Shown one piece after another: positions 1 to 9,592 of a DNA stretch of 64,000 nt. A program made the translations under genes and the position numbers. Below the pieces are notes generated by a model, which saw nothing but the letters and a program-made list of their open reading frames with translations, was not told the origin of the DNA and did no database searches. Every line of letters starts with the position of its first letter. Positions within the stretch are counted from its first letter, which is position 1. This DNA comes from an uncultured Nitrososphaerota archaeon (GTDB lineage Archaea; Korarchaeota; Korarchaeia; Korarchaeales; Korarchaeaceae): assembly GCA_964618805.1 (NCBI GenBank), contig CAZUBM010000008.1:1-64000 (forward strand). Reading direction: 5' to 3'.

Positions 1-92
1 AGTTTCTATCTCAAGAGGTTTTGTTAGGAAGAGAGGTGTTGAATAAATTGAAGATCGAGCTAAACGGAACCTGGACCCTAATCAGGTTATGA
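1..92 (+). CDS. 3' end of a clan AA (retropepsin-like) aspartic protease gene, truncated by the window start
   Basis: Frame from nt 3 reads FLSQEVLLGREVLNKLKIELNGTWTLIRL*, the LLGR(D/E)xL C-terminal motif of archaeal single-domain aspartic proteases; stop TGA at 90-92. Confidence 0.6.
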   Translation, partial: FLSQEVLLGREVLNKLKIELNGTWTLIRL

Positions 93-96
93 GCCT
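24..96 (+). repeat. Direct repeat copy 1 (about 70 bp); partner at 5047-5116
   Basis: ttaggaagagaggtgttgaataaattgaagatcgagctaaacggaacctggaccctaatcaggttatgagcct is nearly identical to 5047-5116 (a few substitutions and one 3-nt indel). Confidence 0.9.
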
Positions 97-147
97 TGGA
101 CTTATTCGTGAAGGATCTGCATGTTCTAATCATTTAATTAAGGAATT

Positions 148-1461
148 TTATTCAAGTAACATTGATATCGGTCCGGCTTTCCATGCTTCTATTGCAGCTT
201 TTAATTCGGGGTGTTGTTCAGCATATTTTTCTAGTGGAATCTTGCTCATTGTGGCTTCTATTGCTTGTCTGAAAGCTTTTGCTCCCGCCCTTGGGCCCAT
301 TGGATGTGCGTGGATTGCTCCGCCAGCGCCTATAGCTATATCCGTTCCAAAATCCTTTACTAGCTGCGGAACATGCAGCTGGGTTATTCCTCCTGATGGC
401 ATGGGTAGTGTAGGCTTAATGTTATGCATTGGAAACAGCATTGTTCTTCCAGCTTTCAGATATTTCTGTTTAATGAAGAAAGGCTGCTTTCCATAGGGAG
501 CCGGATATACAAGTATGTCCGCTCCAGCCAATCTTGGAAGTTTAGCCATAACTAGGTGGGATGACACGCCTGTTTCAGCATCTTCGTATATGGCTCCGGC
601 GCAGTCCATGTGCCCGAGTATAGGAACTTTAATGCTTGGATCTTCGGCTAAAGCTTTTAATGTGCCTATTCCTGCAGTTAGGTAATTGACCATTATGGCG
701 TTTGCGCCTAGTTCTATAACTTTTTCTGCGAACTCAAAGATTTTCGGTGGGTCTGCAGTAACATTTATCGTGTACATCTTCCTTTCTCCGGTCTCTTGCG
801 CCGCCTTATCGATTACCTCCATATATTTGACGATTCTGTCCTCAACTGTGTTAAATGGCGCATTCGCCAAGAGTTCATCGTCCTTAACGAAGTCTGCTCC
901 GCCAGCGAGAGCTTCATATGCGAGTTTTGCGCCGAGTTCGGGCGGATAGCCAGTGCATGGCTTAATCATGTTGTTAAGAAGGGGCCTTTTTGGAATTTTC
1001 AAGTATTCTCTGATTCCCTGAACCCCAAATTTTGGTCCCTTAAAAATTTCAAGGTAGCTTTTCGGAAATTTTACGTCTATAAGCTTAAGCCTTCCAGCCA
1101 TAGATATGTTTCCTACAATGGTTGTTAGAAGCATCGAAATTTCATTCATAAAGTTCTCGTAGGGATAGGCTATCTGAACAATGTATCTCCTCAATTTCAA
1201 CTCGGCCGGAACTTCGTATTCGAAATCTGGAACTTCATTTATCGATATAACTTTGGCTATATGCCTCCTTCTAAGATCTGGAGTTTCTCCTGGCACGCGT
1301 ATCCAAGTTCCGGTGCTTTGCTCAACGGCGACAGCCATAGAAATCCTATCTATTGGCCAGTCGCGGGGGACAGCCGCATAATAAGTTGCAATTATGTATT
1401 TATCCTCATCTATTCCTTCAGGAAGTGCTAAAGGAAAAGCTTCAATATCCTCAATTGACAT
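148..1461 (-). CDS. RuBisCO-like protein (form IV RLP)
   Basis: EQSTGTW, GPKFG, KPCTG (K177 replaced), intact DFVKDDE (KDDE at 874-885), GHMD (R295 lost), YGK loop 6, PSGG, GAGGAIHAHPMG. ATG at 1461 is preceded by an AGGTGA SD; the ORF track starts at GTG 1470. Confidence 0.9.
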   Translation of the reverse strand: MSIEDIEAFPLALPEGIDEDKYIIATYYAAVPRDWPIDRISMAVAVEQSTGTWIRVPGETPDLRRRHIAKVISINEVPDFEYEVPAELKLRRYIVQIAYPYENFMNEISMLLTTIVGNISMAGRLKLIDVKFPKSYLEIFKGPKFGVQGIREYLKIPKRPLLNNMIKPCTGYPPELGAKLAYEALAGGADFVKDDELLANAPFNTVEDRIVKYMEVIDKAAQETGERKMYTINVTADPPKIFEFAEKVIELGANAIMVNYLTAGIGTLKALAEDPSIKVPILGHMDCAGAIYEDAETGVSSHLVMAKLPRLAGADILVYPAPYGKQPFFIKQKYLKAGRTMLFPMHNIKPTLPMPSGGITQLHVPQLVKDFGTDIAIGAGGAIHAHPMGPRAGAKAFRQAIEATMSKIPLEKYAEQHPELKAAIEAWKAGPISMLLE

Positions 1462-1514
1462 GAAATTCACCTACGTGCTAAATGCACAATAAAATATATA
1501 ACAATGTAGGCAAA

Positions 1515-2050
1515 TTAAAGTCCAGACGGCTTTTTCTCATATTCCTCAAAGCTTACAATGTCTGAAAGCTTCTTCCTCCTTCGAACCAAGTGCAAAACTT
1601 CCCTTCAAGGTCCAATTTTTCGCGTGGATAACCGACAGCCAGCAAGGCAATAACACTATAGTTTTCTGGAATTTTCAGCAGTCCCTTAACCTCGTTTTCA
1701 TCGAAGCTTCCAACCCAGCACGTTCCTAGCCCTTCTCCAGTAGCGGCCAAAACCATGTTCTGCATAGCAATCGCAACATCAATCATGAACCACTTAGGTG
1801 AAGCCTTCTTATCGCCGCATCCAACAATTACAACTGGAGCTTCGGCCAGAAATTTAGCCCATCTAGATTTCGCTAATTTTTTACGCTTTTCCGGTTCTCT
1901 TACAACGATGAAATGCTAAGATTGAATGTTAGCGGCTGAGGGTGCCAATCTTCCAGCTTCAAGAATTTTCATAAGTTTTTCTTCAGGTACGGGCGTAGAT
2001 TTGTAGGAGCGGACAGAATGCCTCTTCAGAACGGCCTCAAATACATCCAA
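1515..2050 (-). pseudogene. Nitroreductase family pseudogene (in-frame TAG plus C-terminal frameshift)
   Basis: TTG start at 2050 after GGAGGT SD reads [16 protein letters not shown]...[15 protein letters not shown]...GLGTCWVGSF...LAVGYP. TAG at 1916-1918 replaces the conserved Trp of the NxQPW motif. The typical tail RRRKKLSDIVSFEEY lies in another frame ending at 1515. Confidence 0.85.
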
Positions 2051-2067
2051 TTCCGGTTTACCTCCTT

Positions 2068-3621
2068 TCAATCGGCTCCTAAATTAAGTCTACGATACAT
2101 TCTCCTATTATTCTTGTAAATTTTCCTGAATTCCCTGAAGATTTTCTCGTATACTGAAATGTTTCTTGGGTTCGGTTCGTAAACATTGTCGATTTTGACG
2201 ACTTTTTCGGCTTCTTCGAAGTTTTTAAGGTAGCCTAGGGCGACCATGGCGATCAATGCTGCTCCTTTGGCGCTAGCTTCTTTAGGATTACAGACCCGTC
2301 TGATACGTCTGTTCAAGACATCAGCAAATATTTGGCACCAGATAGCCGAGAGAGCGCCTCCACCTATGATGTTTATGCTTTCAGCTTCTCCGGACAACTT
2401 CTCCAAATAGCCTAAAGCCCATTTCAGATTTAGTGCAACTCCTTCCAGCACTGCCCGAACTAAATGTTCCCTCGAATGTTCTAGGCTTATGTTGTAGAAG
2501 CCTCCCCTCACAGTTGGATCGTCAAGTGGAGACCTTTCTCCGAAGAGCCACGGAGTAAATATTAGACCGTTCGCACCAGCACTGATCTTAGCGGCCATTT
2601 CATCAAAGGTTCTGTAGACTTCCCCTTGGCCTTCTGTGTATACTACATTTTTTAGCCACTCTAGGCATGCTCCTGCCGTTTCCTGTTCTGCTAGGCACAG
2701 GTACATGTCTGGATTTGCGCTGCAGATGCTCCCAATATAATGGAATATGTCCCTTTTCCTTTCTGAGAGGTGACATCCTAACCAGCTGCTTGTTCCAATG
2801 TATGCATGCATTTTCCCCTCCCTAATTGCCCCTGAGCCTATGGCTGCTGATGCCATATCTCCAGCTCCAACCACTACTGGTATGCCTTGCCGCAGTCCCA
2901 TCTCGGAAGCGGCTTCCGAAGTCAGTTTTCCAGCTATGTCAATTGATGTTCTTATTTCTGGAAGCTTGGCCTTGTCTATGCCGTATTTTTTGAGGATGTA
3001 GTCCGACCAAGTGTATCTTCCTTTTCTTGTGTCCATCATCCACCATATATTTGCGCAGTCTCTGCTCGTAACGAAGTTGCCCGTGCACTTGTATAGGAGA
3101 TAATCCTTGCAGTCCAGAAACTTATAGGTTTCGGTGTAGATTTCTGGCTTCTTCTCTTTCACCCATAATATTTTGCATATTGGGTCTTTTCCGGCGTTTC
3201 CGTAGATTCCACCAGTTATGCTCAAAAATCTTGTCAGGGTAAAGATGTTGTATCCTGCAACTTTTATGATTCCACTGCTCATTCTTTCGGCTTGTTCTTT
3301 TGCTCTTGTATCCAGCCATATCATGCACGGCATTAACGGTTTTCCTTCGCTGTCTACTGGAATCGTTCCAGCCATTTGTGTTGAAAATACTATACCGACT
3401 ATTTCGGATTGTTTAACTCCAGTTTTTTCAAGAAGCTCCCTTGTTGTTCTTGTTATTGCGTTCCACCAATCCGATGGCAATTGCTCAGCGTATCCCTTCT
3501 TTGGATAGTAGGTTGGATATTCGGCCGAGGTATATCCGACTATTTTGCCGTCTATTCCAACCAGTACAGCCTTGTTGCCCGTCGTCCCAGTATCGTGGGC
3601 AAGTATGTATTTCCCTCTCAA
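2068..3621 (-). CDS. FGGY-family carbohydrate kinase (xylulokinase-like)
   Basis: [49 protein letters not shown] motifs. Confidence 0.9.
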   Translation of the reverse strand: MRGKYILAHDTGTTGNKAVLVGIDGKIVGYTSAEYPTYYPKKGYAEQLPSDWWNAITRTTRELLEKTGVKQSEIVGIVFSTQMAGTIPVDSEGKPLMPCMIWLDTRAKEQAERMSSGIIKVAGYNIFTLTRFLSITGGIYGNAGKDPICKILWVKEKKPEIYTETYKFLDCKDYLLYKCTGNFVTSRDCANIWWMMDTRKGRYTWSDYILKKYGIDKAKLPEIRTSIDIAGKLTSEAASEMGLRQGIPVVVGAGDMASAAIGSGAIREGKMHAYIGTSSWLGCHLSERKRDIFHYIGSICSANPDMYLCLAEQETAGACLEWLKNVVYTEGQGEVYRTFDEMAAKISAGANGLIFTPWLFGERSPLDDPTVRGGFYNISLEHSREHLVRAVLEGVALNLKWALGYLEKLSGEAESINIIGGGALSAIWCQIFADVLNRRIRRVCNPKEASAKGAALIAMVALGYLKNFEEAEKVVKIDNVYEPNPRNISVYEKIFREFRKIYKNNRRMYRRLNLGAD

Positions 3622-4847
3622 TGTGGCTCAACCAGTGACTCCAATTTTAATTTTTGAACGTTTCCCTCCTTGTCTATATGTTCAACAAGAATAGGTAAGC
3701 CAGCCGTTTCACCTATCCTTATCTTCTCCTTTGCAAGCATGAAAAGCTCGATGGGATCGACAGCTGCTTCCGGAGGGAAAACTCCTTTCAACCTTATTTT
3801 TCCAAGGGCCATGAGCATTGCTCCTAGAGCAGCAGGCACACCTGTTCCTTCACGCATGCCCATTCCCCTAGATGACATCGAAAACACGTAGGTGCTAGGC
3901 TCACCGTTTTTCTTTCCTTTAACAACTATTTTTAGGCATCCCATGGGCTCGGATATTCCAGCCTCCTTTAACAGTTTTGGCCGTTGATGTAATGCGAAGG
4001 CTACTGCAAAGTCTATGGGCGCAATCTTCACACCATGAACCTCAACTGGTTCTTCACTTGTCATTCCAAGCCTAACAATGCCCTTAATAAGCTCAGCATA
4101 TGCTGGAGGCAAAACTAAGCCCAGATTTGTTACTCGGCGAACCCCCTTGATGTATCTAGGCAAAGTTATAGTTTCGGGATGAGGATAGGCGTATACCCTG
4201 TAGGTTCCAATATCCGGAAATTCAACTTCTTCCTCTAGGGCTTTTCCACTCTCGTCAAGAACGCTGATTGTTTTAAATTCTCCATCAATGAACACCGGAA
4301 TAGGTATCATCATTGAATGTATTCTATGCTTAACGACGGCTGGTCCTTCGGTTTCTTCGCCTCCATGAGCATGATATATGTCTATAGAGTCAACCTCGTC
4401 GAGGAGGTTGTCCGCGCAGAACTTAACGAGGACATTTGCGATTCCTGGAGAGCTTCCCATTCCGATTAGAGCAGATATCCCAGCCTCTCTTGCATTAGAA
4501 TCCATTTTTAAAAGCTGCTCAGTTGCATCAACATCATCGCATATGTCTACATGATTTACCCCAGCATCTATTGAAGCTCTTAGAACCATTGGCGCAAACT
4601 TATAGAATGGGCCTACACAACTCAAAACTACTTCTGAATCTTTAATTACATCCCGTAGATTTCTAGAATTCATCACATCCACTTTGACGGCTGAAACTCC
4701 TTCTATCCCTATTCCAGCCGCTATTTTCTTTGCTTTTTCAAATTTAATATCTCCTATGATAACTTCTGAAAAAATTCCACTTGAAGCAAGAATCTTAGCG
4801 GCCATGCTTCCTACGGCTCCGGCCCCTCCCAAAACAGTAACTTTCAT
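3618..4847 (-). CDS. Saccharopine dehydrogenase / lysine 6-dehydrogenase family NAD(P)-dependent oxidoreductase
   Basis: N-terminal GGAGAVG Rossmann motif, CVGPFY, VDICDD, GMGSSPG, HPET, GVFPPE; 4-nt overlap with the kinase gene. Confidence 0.85.
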   Translation of the reverse strand: MKVTVLGGAGAVGSMAAKILASSGIFSEVIIGDIKFEKAKKIAAGIGIEGVSAVKVDVMNSRNLRDVIKDSEVVLSCVGPFYKFAPMVLRASIDAGVNHVDICDDVDATEQLLKMDSNAREAGISALIGMGSSPGIANVLVKFCADNLLDEVDSIDIYHAHGGEETEGPAVVKHRIHSMMIPIPVFIDGEFKTISVLDESGKALEEEVEFPDIGTYRVYAYPHPETITLPRYIKGVRRVTNLGLVLPPAYAELIKGIVRLGMTSEEPVEVHGVKIAPIDFAVAFALHQRPKLLKEAGISEPMGCLKIVVKGKKNGEPSTYVFSMSSRGMGMREGTGVPAALGAMLMALGKIRLKGVFPPEAAVDPIELFMLAKEKIRIGETAGLPILVEHIDKEGNVQKLKLESLVEPH

Positions 4848-5004
4848 GGCTCAACCCTATGCAGTCCAGAAACTCACGCTTCCTTTATATTTATTCATGT
4901 TTTTATTTGTGTTCTGAATCATTTTTTGATACTACATTTGGATGATTAGGGGATATTCTCATGAATTGGAGCTTTTACAATGATTCTTTGGTTAGGAAGG
5001 GTGA

Positions 5005-5112
5005 GGTTCTTCTGGATTTCTCTATTCTCGAGGTGGAAGCGCGCGCTTAGGAAGAGACGTGTTGAATAAATTTAAGATCGAGCTAGGAACCTGGACCTTA
5101 ATCAGGTTATGA
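5005..5112 (+). pseudogene. Decayed 3' fragment of an aspartic protease gene (contains direct repeat copy 2)
   Basis: Reads ...GGSARLGRDVLNKFKIELGTWTLIRL*; in-frame stop upstream at 5002-5004 and no start codon. Confidence 0.6.
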
Positions 5113-5116
5113 GCCT
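5047..5116 (+). repeat. Direct repeat copy 2; partner at 24-96
   Basis: ttaggaagagacgtgttgaataaatttaagatcgagctaggaacctggaccttaatcaggttatgagcct. Confidence 0.9.
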
Positions 5117-5249
5117 CGACTTTTTACCTCTTCATCTTCGTCCTCATTCTCCTTCTAAACATCTTAAACTTGTGAGCTATTCACCACAAAAATCAACTAT
5201 AAAGGAAATCTAACACTATGCAGGCGCCTCTATCCCAGCATCAACATCT

Positions 5250-5708
5250 TTAAAGCATCTCCTTCTCCATTATGACATCGCAACCGTAAGGCCTCTTTAT
5301 CCTATCAACAAGCTTGTATCCATGCTTTTTGTAGAAATTGACGGCCCAATATGCTTTCTCGGATGTGAGAAGCCATAACTTCTTCAAACCAATTTCCCTT
5401 GCCTCTTTCTCAATGTTTCTGATTAGAGCGGTTCCAATTCCCTTTCTCTGATGCTTAGGAAGGACATAAACCCATCTAATCCTTCCCACATCTCCCTCAA
5501 CCTTAAGGGCTGAGACCCCTACTACCCCTCTGTCTCCCTCAAAAACGTAAAAGGTCATCCTTTTGAAGTCTCTAAGGAGTTCTTTCATGGAAAGGATTGG
5601 TTCCTTGAAGTATTCCTTTGGAATTATCTTGCTGAAAGCTTCTCTGTTCGAAGCGTTTATTACGTGAAGTATGCTCTCAGCATCCTTTAGGGAAGCCTTC
5701 CTTATCAT
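5250..5708 (-). CDS. GNAT-family N-acetyltransferase
   Basis: VYVLPKHQRKGIGTAL acetyl-CoA motif A; AVNFYKKHGY motif B. Confidence 0.9.
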   Translation of the reverse strand: MIRKASLKDAESILHVINASNREAFSKIIPKEYFKEPILSMKELLRDFKRMTFYVFEGDRGVVGVSALKVEGDVGRIRWVYVLPKHQRKGIGTALIRNIEKEAREIGLKKLWLLTSEKAYWAVNFYKKHGYKLVDRIKRPYGCDVIMEKEML

Positions 5709-5833
5709 TCCTCCATCATAATCACTATTTTTATCTAATTGAATATTGCCTCGTTACATCTACTACCTTCCCGACCAGAAAACCATTTTTACTCCAGTTA
5801 TAGGCTCTTTTAATGACAAGGACCATTATGGTC

Positions 5834-6012
5834 CATAGACTGTTTTTCCGATGCTCGATTACCAGGGCTTCTACAAAGCAAGGCTTAGCTCCATATACTA
5901 TCCTATATTTCCTACTCTGTAGCTTCTTAGGCGTTTCTGCCCTTTAGCAGTTTTCCAATGAAAGGGAGCTGAAGCTCAGATACAATCTCTTGGGCTTTTC
6001 AACCCCTTTCAT
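5834..6012 (-). pseudogene. Decayed RelE/ParE-family toxin gene
   Basis: Pieces in shifting frames on the minus strand: PFIGKLLKG, LRSYRVG, YRIVY, IEHRK, matching the RelE RVGxYRIIY and GHRKxVY pattern. Confidence 0.55.
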
Positions 6013-6112
6013 TTATTATTTTGTTTTTAGGACGATATCTTTAACGCATTTCTTTAATTTTGAGTTGGGGGTTAATGAAAAACAGGCAACAAATGATTAA
6101 TTTAAGTATTCG

Positions 6113-6493
6113 CTAAGGATCCTCTATTCTAAACTCGTTTTCCTTCCCATTAACGATCAGCTTCACGTTTTTTATGAAGTTCATCCCTAAGAGTACTTTG
6201 ATAGGAGCAGGGTCAGGTATCTTGTGGACCACAACCGAGAGCTTACTTATCCTCATCCCTTCCACCTCAATCCCATCGAGCACCTTTACGGGAGCCTCTA
6301 TAAGGCCTGAGGCCGTTACCAATGTGGCCTTTGGCATTTTCTCGTCCGTCTTGAGCTCAAGAAATTCGGCTATGGACGGTGGAATTACCATGAAGGCAGC
6401 TCCTGTATCGATCAATGCGTCTTCGAAGACGCTAAAACGCTTTCCCTTCAACTTGACCTTTACCAGTAGCTTTCCTTCTTTTATCCTAGTCAT
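6113..6493 (-). CDS. Clan AA (retropepsin-like) aspartic protease
   Basis: ALIDTGA catalytic motif, TASG flap, VLLGMNF C-terminal motif; 126 aa. Confidence 0.85.
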   Translation of the reverse strand: MTRIKEGKLLVKVKLKGKRFSVFEDALIDTGAAFMVIPPSIAEFLELKTDEKMPKATLVTASGLIEAPVKVLDGIEVEGMRISKLSVVVHKIPDPAPIKVLLGMNFIKNVKLIVNGKENEFRIEDP

Positions 6494-6699
6494 GCGGACA
6501 CCTTGAATAGGAAGCCGTATCTCCTCTCCTCTTCCCTGGGTGAATAGAAGACGTAGACTCCATCAATTTTCCTTATCCTTAGCTCCTCGTAAACCCCTTC
6601 GTGTGTATCTGAGACCACTACGACCTTCCCGTCCTTTAGCCCGATCCACTTTCCGACGTACTTCCGCTTGACCTTATCAACGAGATCTGCCATTTCCAT
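6490..6699 (-). CDS. DUF5678-like small protein, translationally coupled to the aspartic protease
   Basis: KYVGKWIGLKDGKVVVVSDTHEGVYEEL matches the YxGxWVAxxDGKVVAxG pattern; ATGA overlap with the protease gene. Confidence 0.7.
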   Translation of the reverse strand: MEMADLVDKVKRKYVGKWIGLKDGKVVVVSDTHEGVYEELRIRKIDGVYVFYSPREEERRYGFLFKVSA

Positions 6700-7127
6700 C
6701 AAAAATAAATTGCACTCGCTTTTAAATAGGTTTATTCAGATTCGTCAACAAGATGAACCAACTTTGGATCAGGTAGATTTGAGGTGGTTTCCTCATCAAC
6801 CTAGCCCTTCCCTCCATCCAGTCAAGGCATATTTCGAACTCTTCCATCATAGAGATCCAAACATCGCTTCAACTAGAAGATCCCTAACCGCTTCCACGTC
6901 GTTTTTTCAGGCAGCATGTATGGCAATTTGCGTATCAATCTTTCTGTGTACTACATGCTAGCAACGCTGAACTCAATCCAAGTAGCCATTTCATTATCTT
7001 ATTCCCTTGATAGGGTTGTCTATTTTCTCTTTCCTTCATATAAATACATTTATCCGTTAATTTTAAGTATCTTACTCTTATATGCACGAAAATTCCATTA
7101 ACTACGCTTTGACTCTGCCCAAATATC

Positions 7128-7293
7128 AAACAAAAAGAGGTTAGTTCTCTCTTTTCTTAAGTTCACGCTTTAAGACATTACTCAACTCTTTAGCCAGCAT
7201 GAATGCGATTTCTCTTATCTCCTCTTTTGAAAGGTTCTGATGAGATTCTCTTGAGGATATTAAGTACCTCGGTAGGATAGCGGTTTTGTTATA
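7128..7293 (-). repeat. Dispersed repeat copy 1 (3' gene fragment plus T-rich terminator); partner at 32328-32516
   Basis: Minus strand encodes YNKTAILPRYLISSRESHQNLSKEEIREIAFMLAKELSNVLKRELKKREN* followed by CCTCTTTTTGTTT. Confidence 0.85.
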
Positions 7294-7418
7294 AGATAAT
7301 AAATTAAAACCTTCTGATGTACTCTATGATTTCCTCACTTTTCCTTGGATTCAATGAGATAGTAGCTCCTTTTTTATGAAGCATAATGTAGCCATCGTTA
7401 ACGAGCTGGTTGACTAAT

Positions 7419-8222
7419 TCACGAATTCTCTCTAGTGCTGTCTTTTCCAATAGCCATCTCTATTGGTATCGATTTTAACCATCTGGATTCAAGGTATTGA
7501 ATGAATGGGTCAGCGACTGATGATTCTAAAATGACGACAATTATGGGAGAGCCTCCTTTTCTACCAATTAAAGCAGCACATTTCTTATCGATGAGAAGAA
7601 CTGAAGTTTCGGATTTTGAGATCCTTAATTCAATTCTCTTAAGATTTGTAAGCCATCTATTCGACCAATCGGTGGATGGCAGCATCATTCTAACTCTAGA
7701 GATCCCCAAAAGTCTTAGAAGGGATACTATTTCGTTGAACAACCATCGATCGGAATCAGAAAATATAGCTAGAAACTCGCTTTCTGTTGTTTTTAGAAGG
7801 TCTTTCAAGAGGCCCAAGAACAAATATTCCTCTCTTAATACTAGGACATCTTCCTTCATCCATTGAGATAGCGAAACAAGTTCTGAAACATGATTCATGC
7901 AATCAAGCAATTTTTGAAAGCGTTCTTCTAATTCTAATGACCTCTTAACATAGAGGTTCTTGATAGCCAATTCTGGAGAGATGGGAGAGTATCTTATAGG
8001 CCTAGATCCCTCATATCTAACCAATCCGAGGCCATGAAGTTGCTCAAACGTTCTATATATCCTCTCCACGGGAACTCTGGTCTCTATAGCTACTTTCTTA
8101 GCAGTTGAGGTTCCCTCGCTCAGAAGGAATGCATATACTTTGGCTTGAGTTTCTGTGAGACCTATTTCTTTCAGCGCTTCAATAAGGGCGAGCAATCTAT
8201 CCTTTCTTTTAGAAGGATTCAA
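7419..8222 (-). CDS. TrmB-family transcriptional regulator
   Basis: LKEIGLTETQAKVY, HTH region VPVERIYRTFEQL, GLV...RPIRYSPISP; C-terminal TrmB effector-like domain (LLIDKK). Confidence 0.85.
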   Translation of the reverse strand: MNPSKRKDRLLALIEALKEIGLTETQAKVYAFLLSEGTSTAKKVAIETRVPVERIYRTFEQLHGLGLVRYEGSRPIRYSPISPELAIKNLYVKRSLELEERFQKLLDCMNHVSELVSLSQWMKEDVLVLREEYLFLGLLKDLLKTTESEFLAIFSDSDRWLFNEIVSLLRLLGISRVRMMLPSTDWSNRWLTNLKRIELRISKSETSVLLIDKKCAALIGRKGGSPIIVVILESSVADPFIQYLESRWLKSIPIEMAIGKDSTRENS

Positions 8223-9592
8223 AGAACAACAACTCCCATTACATCCATGACGTTAGTAAGCGTAGGTCCTGTGAAAATCAGGTCATTTAATGCGAGAAAG
8301 AAGGAATAGGAATCATTTCTGTTGAGAAAAGTCGACGGTTTTAGGCCCAACTCCAATGCTCTGCTCAAGCTATTCCCATCAGCAATCGCTCCTGCAGCAT
8401 CAGTTACCCCATCAACTCCGTCCGTGCCAACAGAGGCTATGCAAATTCCTTCTTCATCAGCTATCTTTTCTACGGATCCAAGAACAACCTCTTGATTCCT
8501 TCCGCCCTTGCCTGAACCAACAACCCTAACTGTAGTCTCTCCTCCTGCTAGAACAGCAGCAGGTGGACTTATAGGAACGCTCTGATGTTTTATTCCCTGA
8601 GCAATTCCAGCCAAGGCCTGTCCAACGTGCCTAGCCTCCCCCTCGATGAAGGAACCTAGGACTAGGGTATTTAGGTTCATAGCCTTAGCTCTGTTGGCGG
8701 CTGCAATAAGCGATTTCTCATTATTTGCAACTATGAAATTATGGACTTGCTCAAAAATAGGATCTCCTGGCTTTGGGGTATCCTGAATTTCGCCTCTAAC
8801 TCCTTTCCTAATGGTCTCCACTATGCTTTCTGGCATTTTATTCAAAAGGTCGTACTTCTCTAGTACTTCCCATGCATCTTCGAACGTGGTCGTATCAGGA
8901 GCCGTAGGTCCAGAGGCTATGGAATCGAGAGGGTCACCTATAACATCCGAGATTATGAGAGAGATCACTGTTGCAGGGTAACAAAGCCTGGCCAACCTTC
9001 CCCCCTTCACTTGTGATATGTGCTTCCTAACGCAGTTTATCTCCTGAATTCTAGCTCCACATTCCAGAAGAATCTTTGTAGCTCGATTAAGATCCTCCAA
9101 AGTTATGCCTGGCATCGGCATCTCCATTAGAGCAGATCCGCCCCCTGAGATCAATGCAATAACTACATCAGATTTACTCAACCCTTTGATGAGTTCTACT
9201 ATGTTTCTCGTTCCCTTCAACGTATTATAGTCCGGAATGGGATGACCTGCAGGAAATGCTTTAACTTTCTTTAGACTAAAAAGTCCCTCCGTCCCTTTCA
9301 AAACATTTACACATCCCGCATGAATCTTATTTAAAAGGACGGATTCAACCCCCTCAGCCATTTTACCGCTAGCTTTTCCTGCACCTATTACGAGAACTCT
9401 GCCCTCTGGATGAATTTCTAGGTCTTTAATGGATAATAAATCGTCTTTCAATGATATAGAAGAAGTTATGCTCTTCTTAGCGTCTGCAACTTCTATAGCT
9501 GATTCTAATAGCTTCAACATTATCTCCCTAGCCTTCCTATTTTTCCTACTTGCATTCGATATTATTTCTGAAGAATTTTTGATTATATTCAA
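8219..9592 (-). CDS. Glycerate 2-kinase (class II, DUF4147/MOFRL)
   Basis: GAGKAS, GHPIPD, ISGGGSAL, RKHISQVKGG, SDVIGD, IASGP, GGETTV, GKGGRNQE, GTDGVDG, TGPTLTNVMD. Confidence 0.92.
   Translation of the reverse strand: MNIIKNSSEIISNASRKNRKAREIMLKLLESAIEVADAKKSITSSISLKDDLLSIKDLEIHPEGRVLVIGAGKASGKMAEGVESVLLNKIHAGCVNVLKGTEGLFSLKKVKAFPAGHPIPDYNTLKGTRNIVELIKGLSKSDVVIALISGGGSALMEMPMPGITLEDLNRATKILLECGARIQEINCVRKHISQVKGGRLARLCYPATVISLIISDVIGDPLDSIASGPTAPDTTTFEDAWEVLEKYDLLNKMPESIVETIRKGVRGEIQDTPKPGDPIFEQVHNFIVANNEKSLIAAANRAKAMNLNTLVLGSFIEGEARHVGQALAGIAQGIKHQSVPISPPAAVLAGGETTVRVVGSGKGGRNQEVVLGSVEKIADEEGICIASVGTDGVDGVTDAAGAIADGNSLSRALELGLKPSTFLNRNDSYSFFLALNDLIFTGPTLTNVMDVMGVVVL

Noticed and set aside
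148-1461. Bona fide CO2-fixing form III RuBisCO
   Set aside because: K177 and R295 equivalents are substituted (KPCTG, GHMD) and the loop-6 region (VYPAPYGK) is RLP-like.
1916-1918. In-frame TAG as possible pyrrolysine or stop-codon readthrough
   Set aside because: It replaces a conserved Trp by a single TGG>TAG change, the same gene has a frameshift, and TAG is used as a normal stop elsewhere in the window.
6720-7127. Possible nucleotidyltransferase/HEPN remnant and short ORFs (6668-6961, 6916-7101, 6935-7129)
   Set aside because: Only weak scraps (e.g. MMEEFEICL) in AT-rich DNA; no motif strong enough to call.
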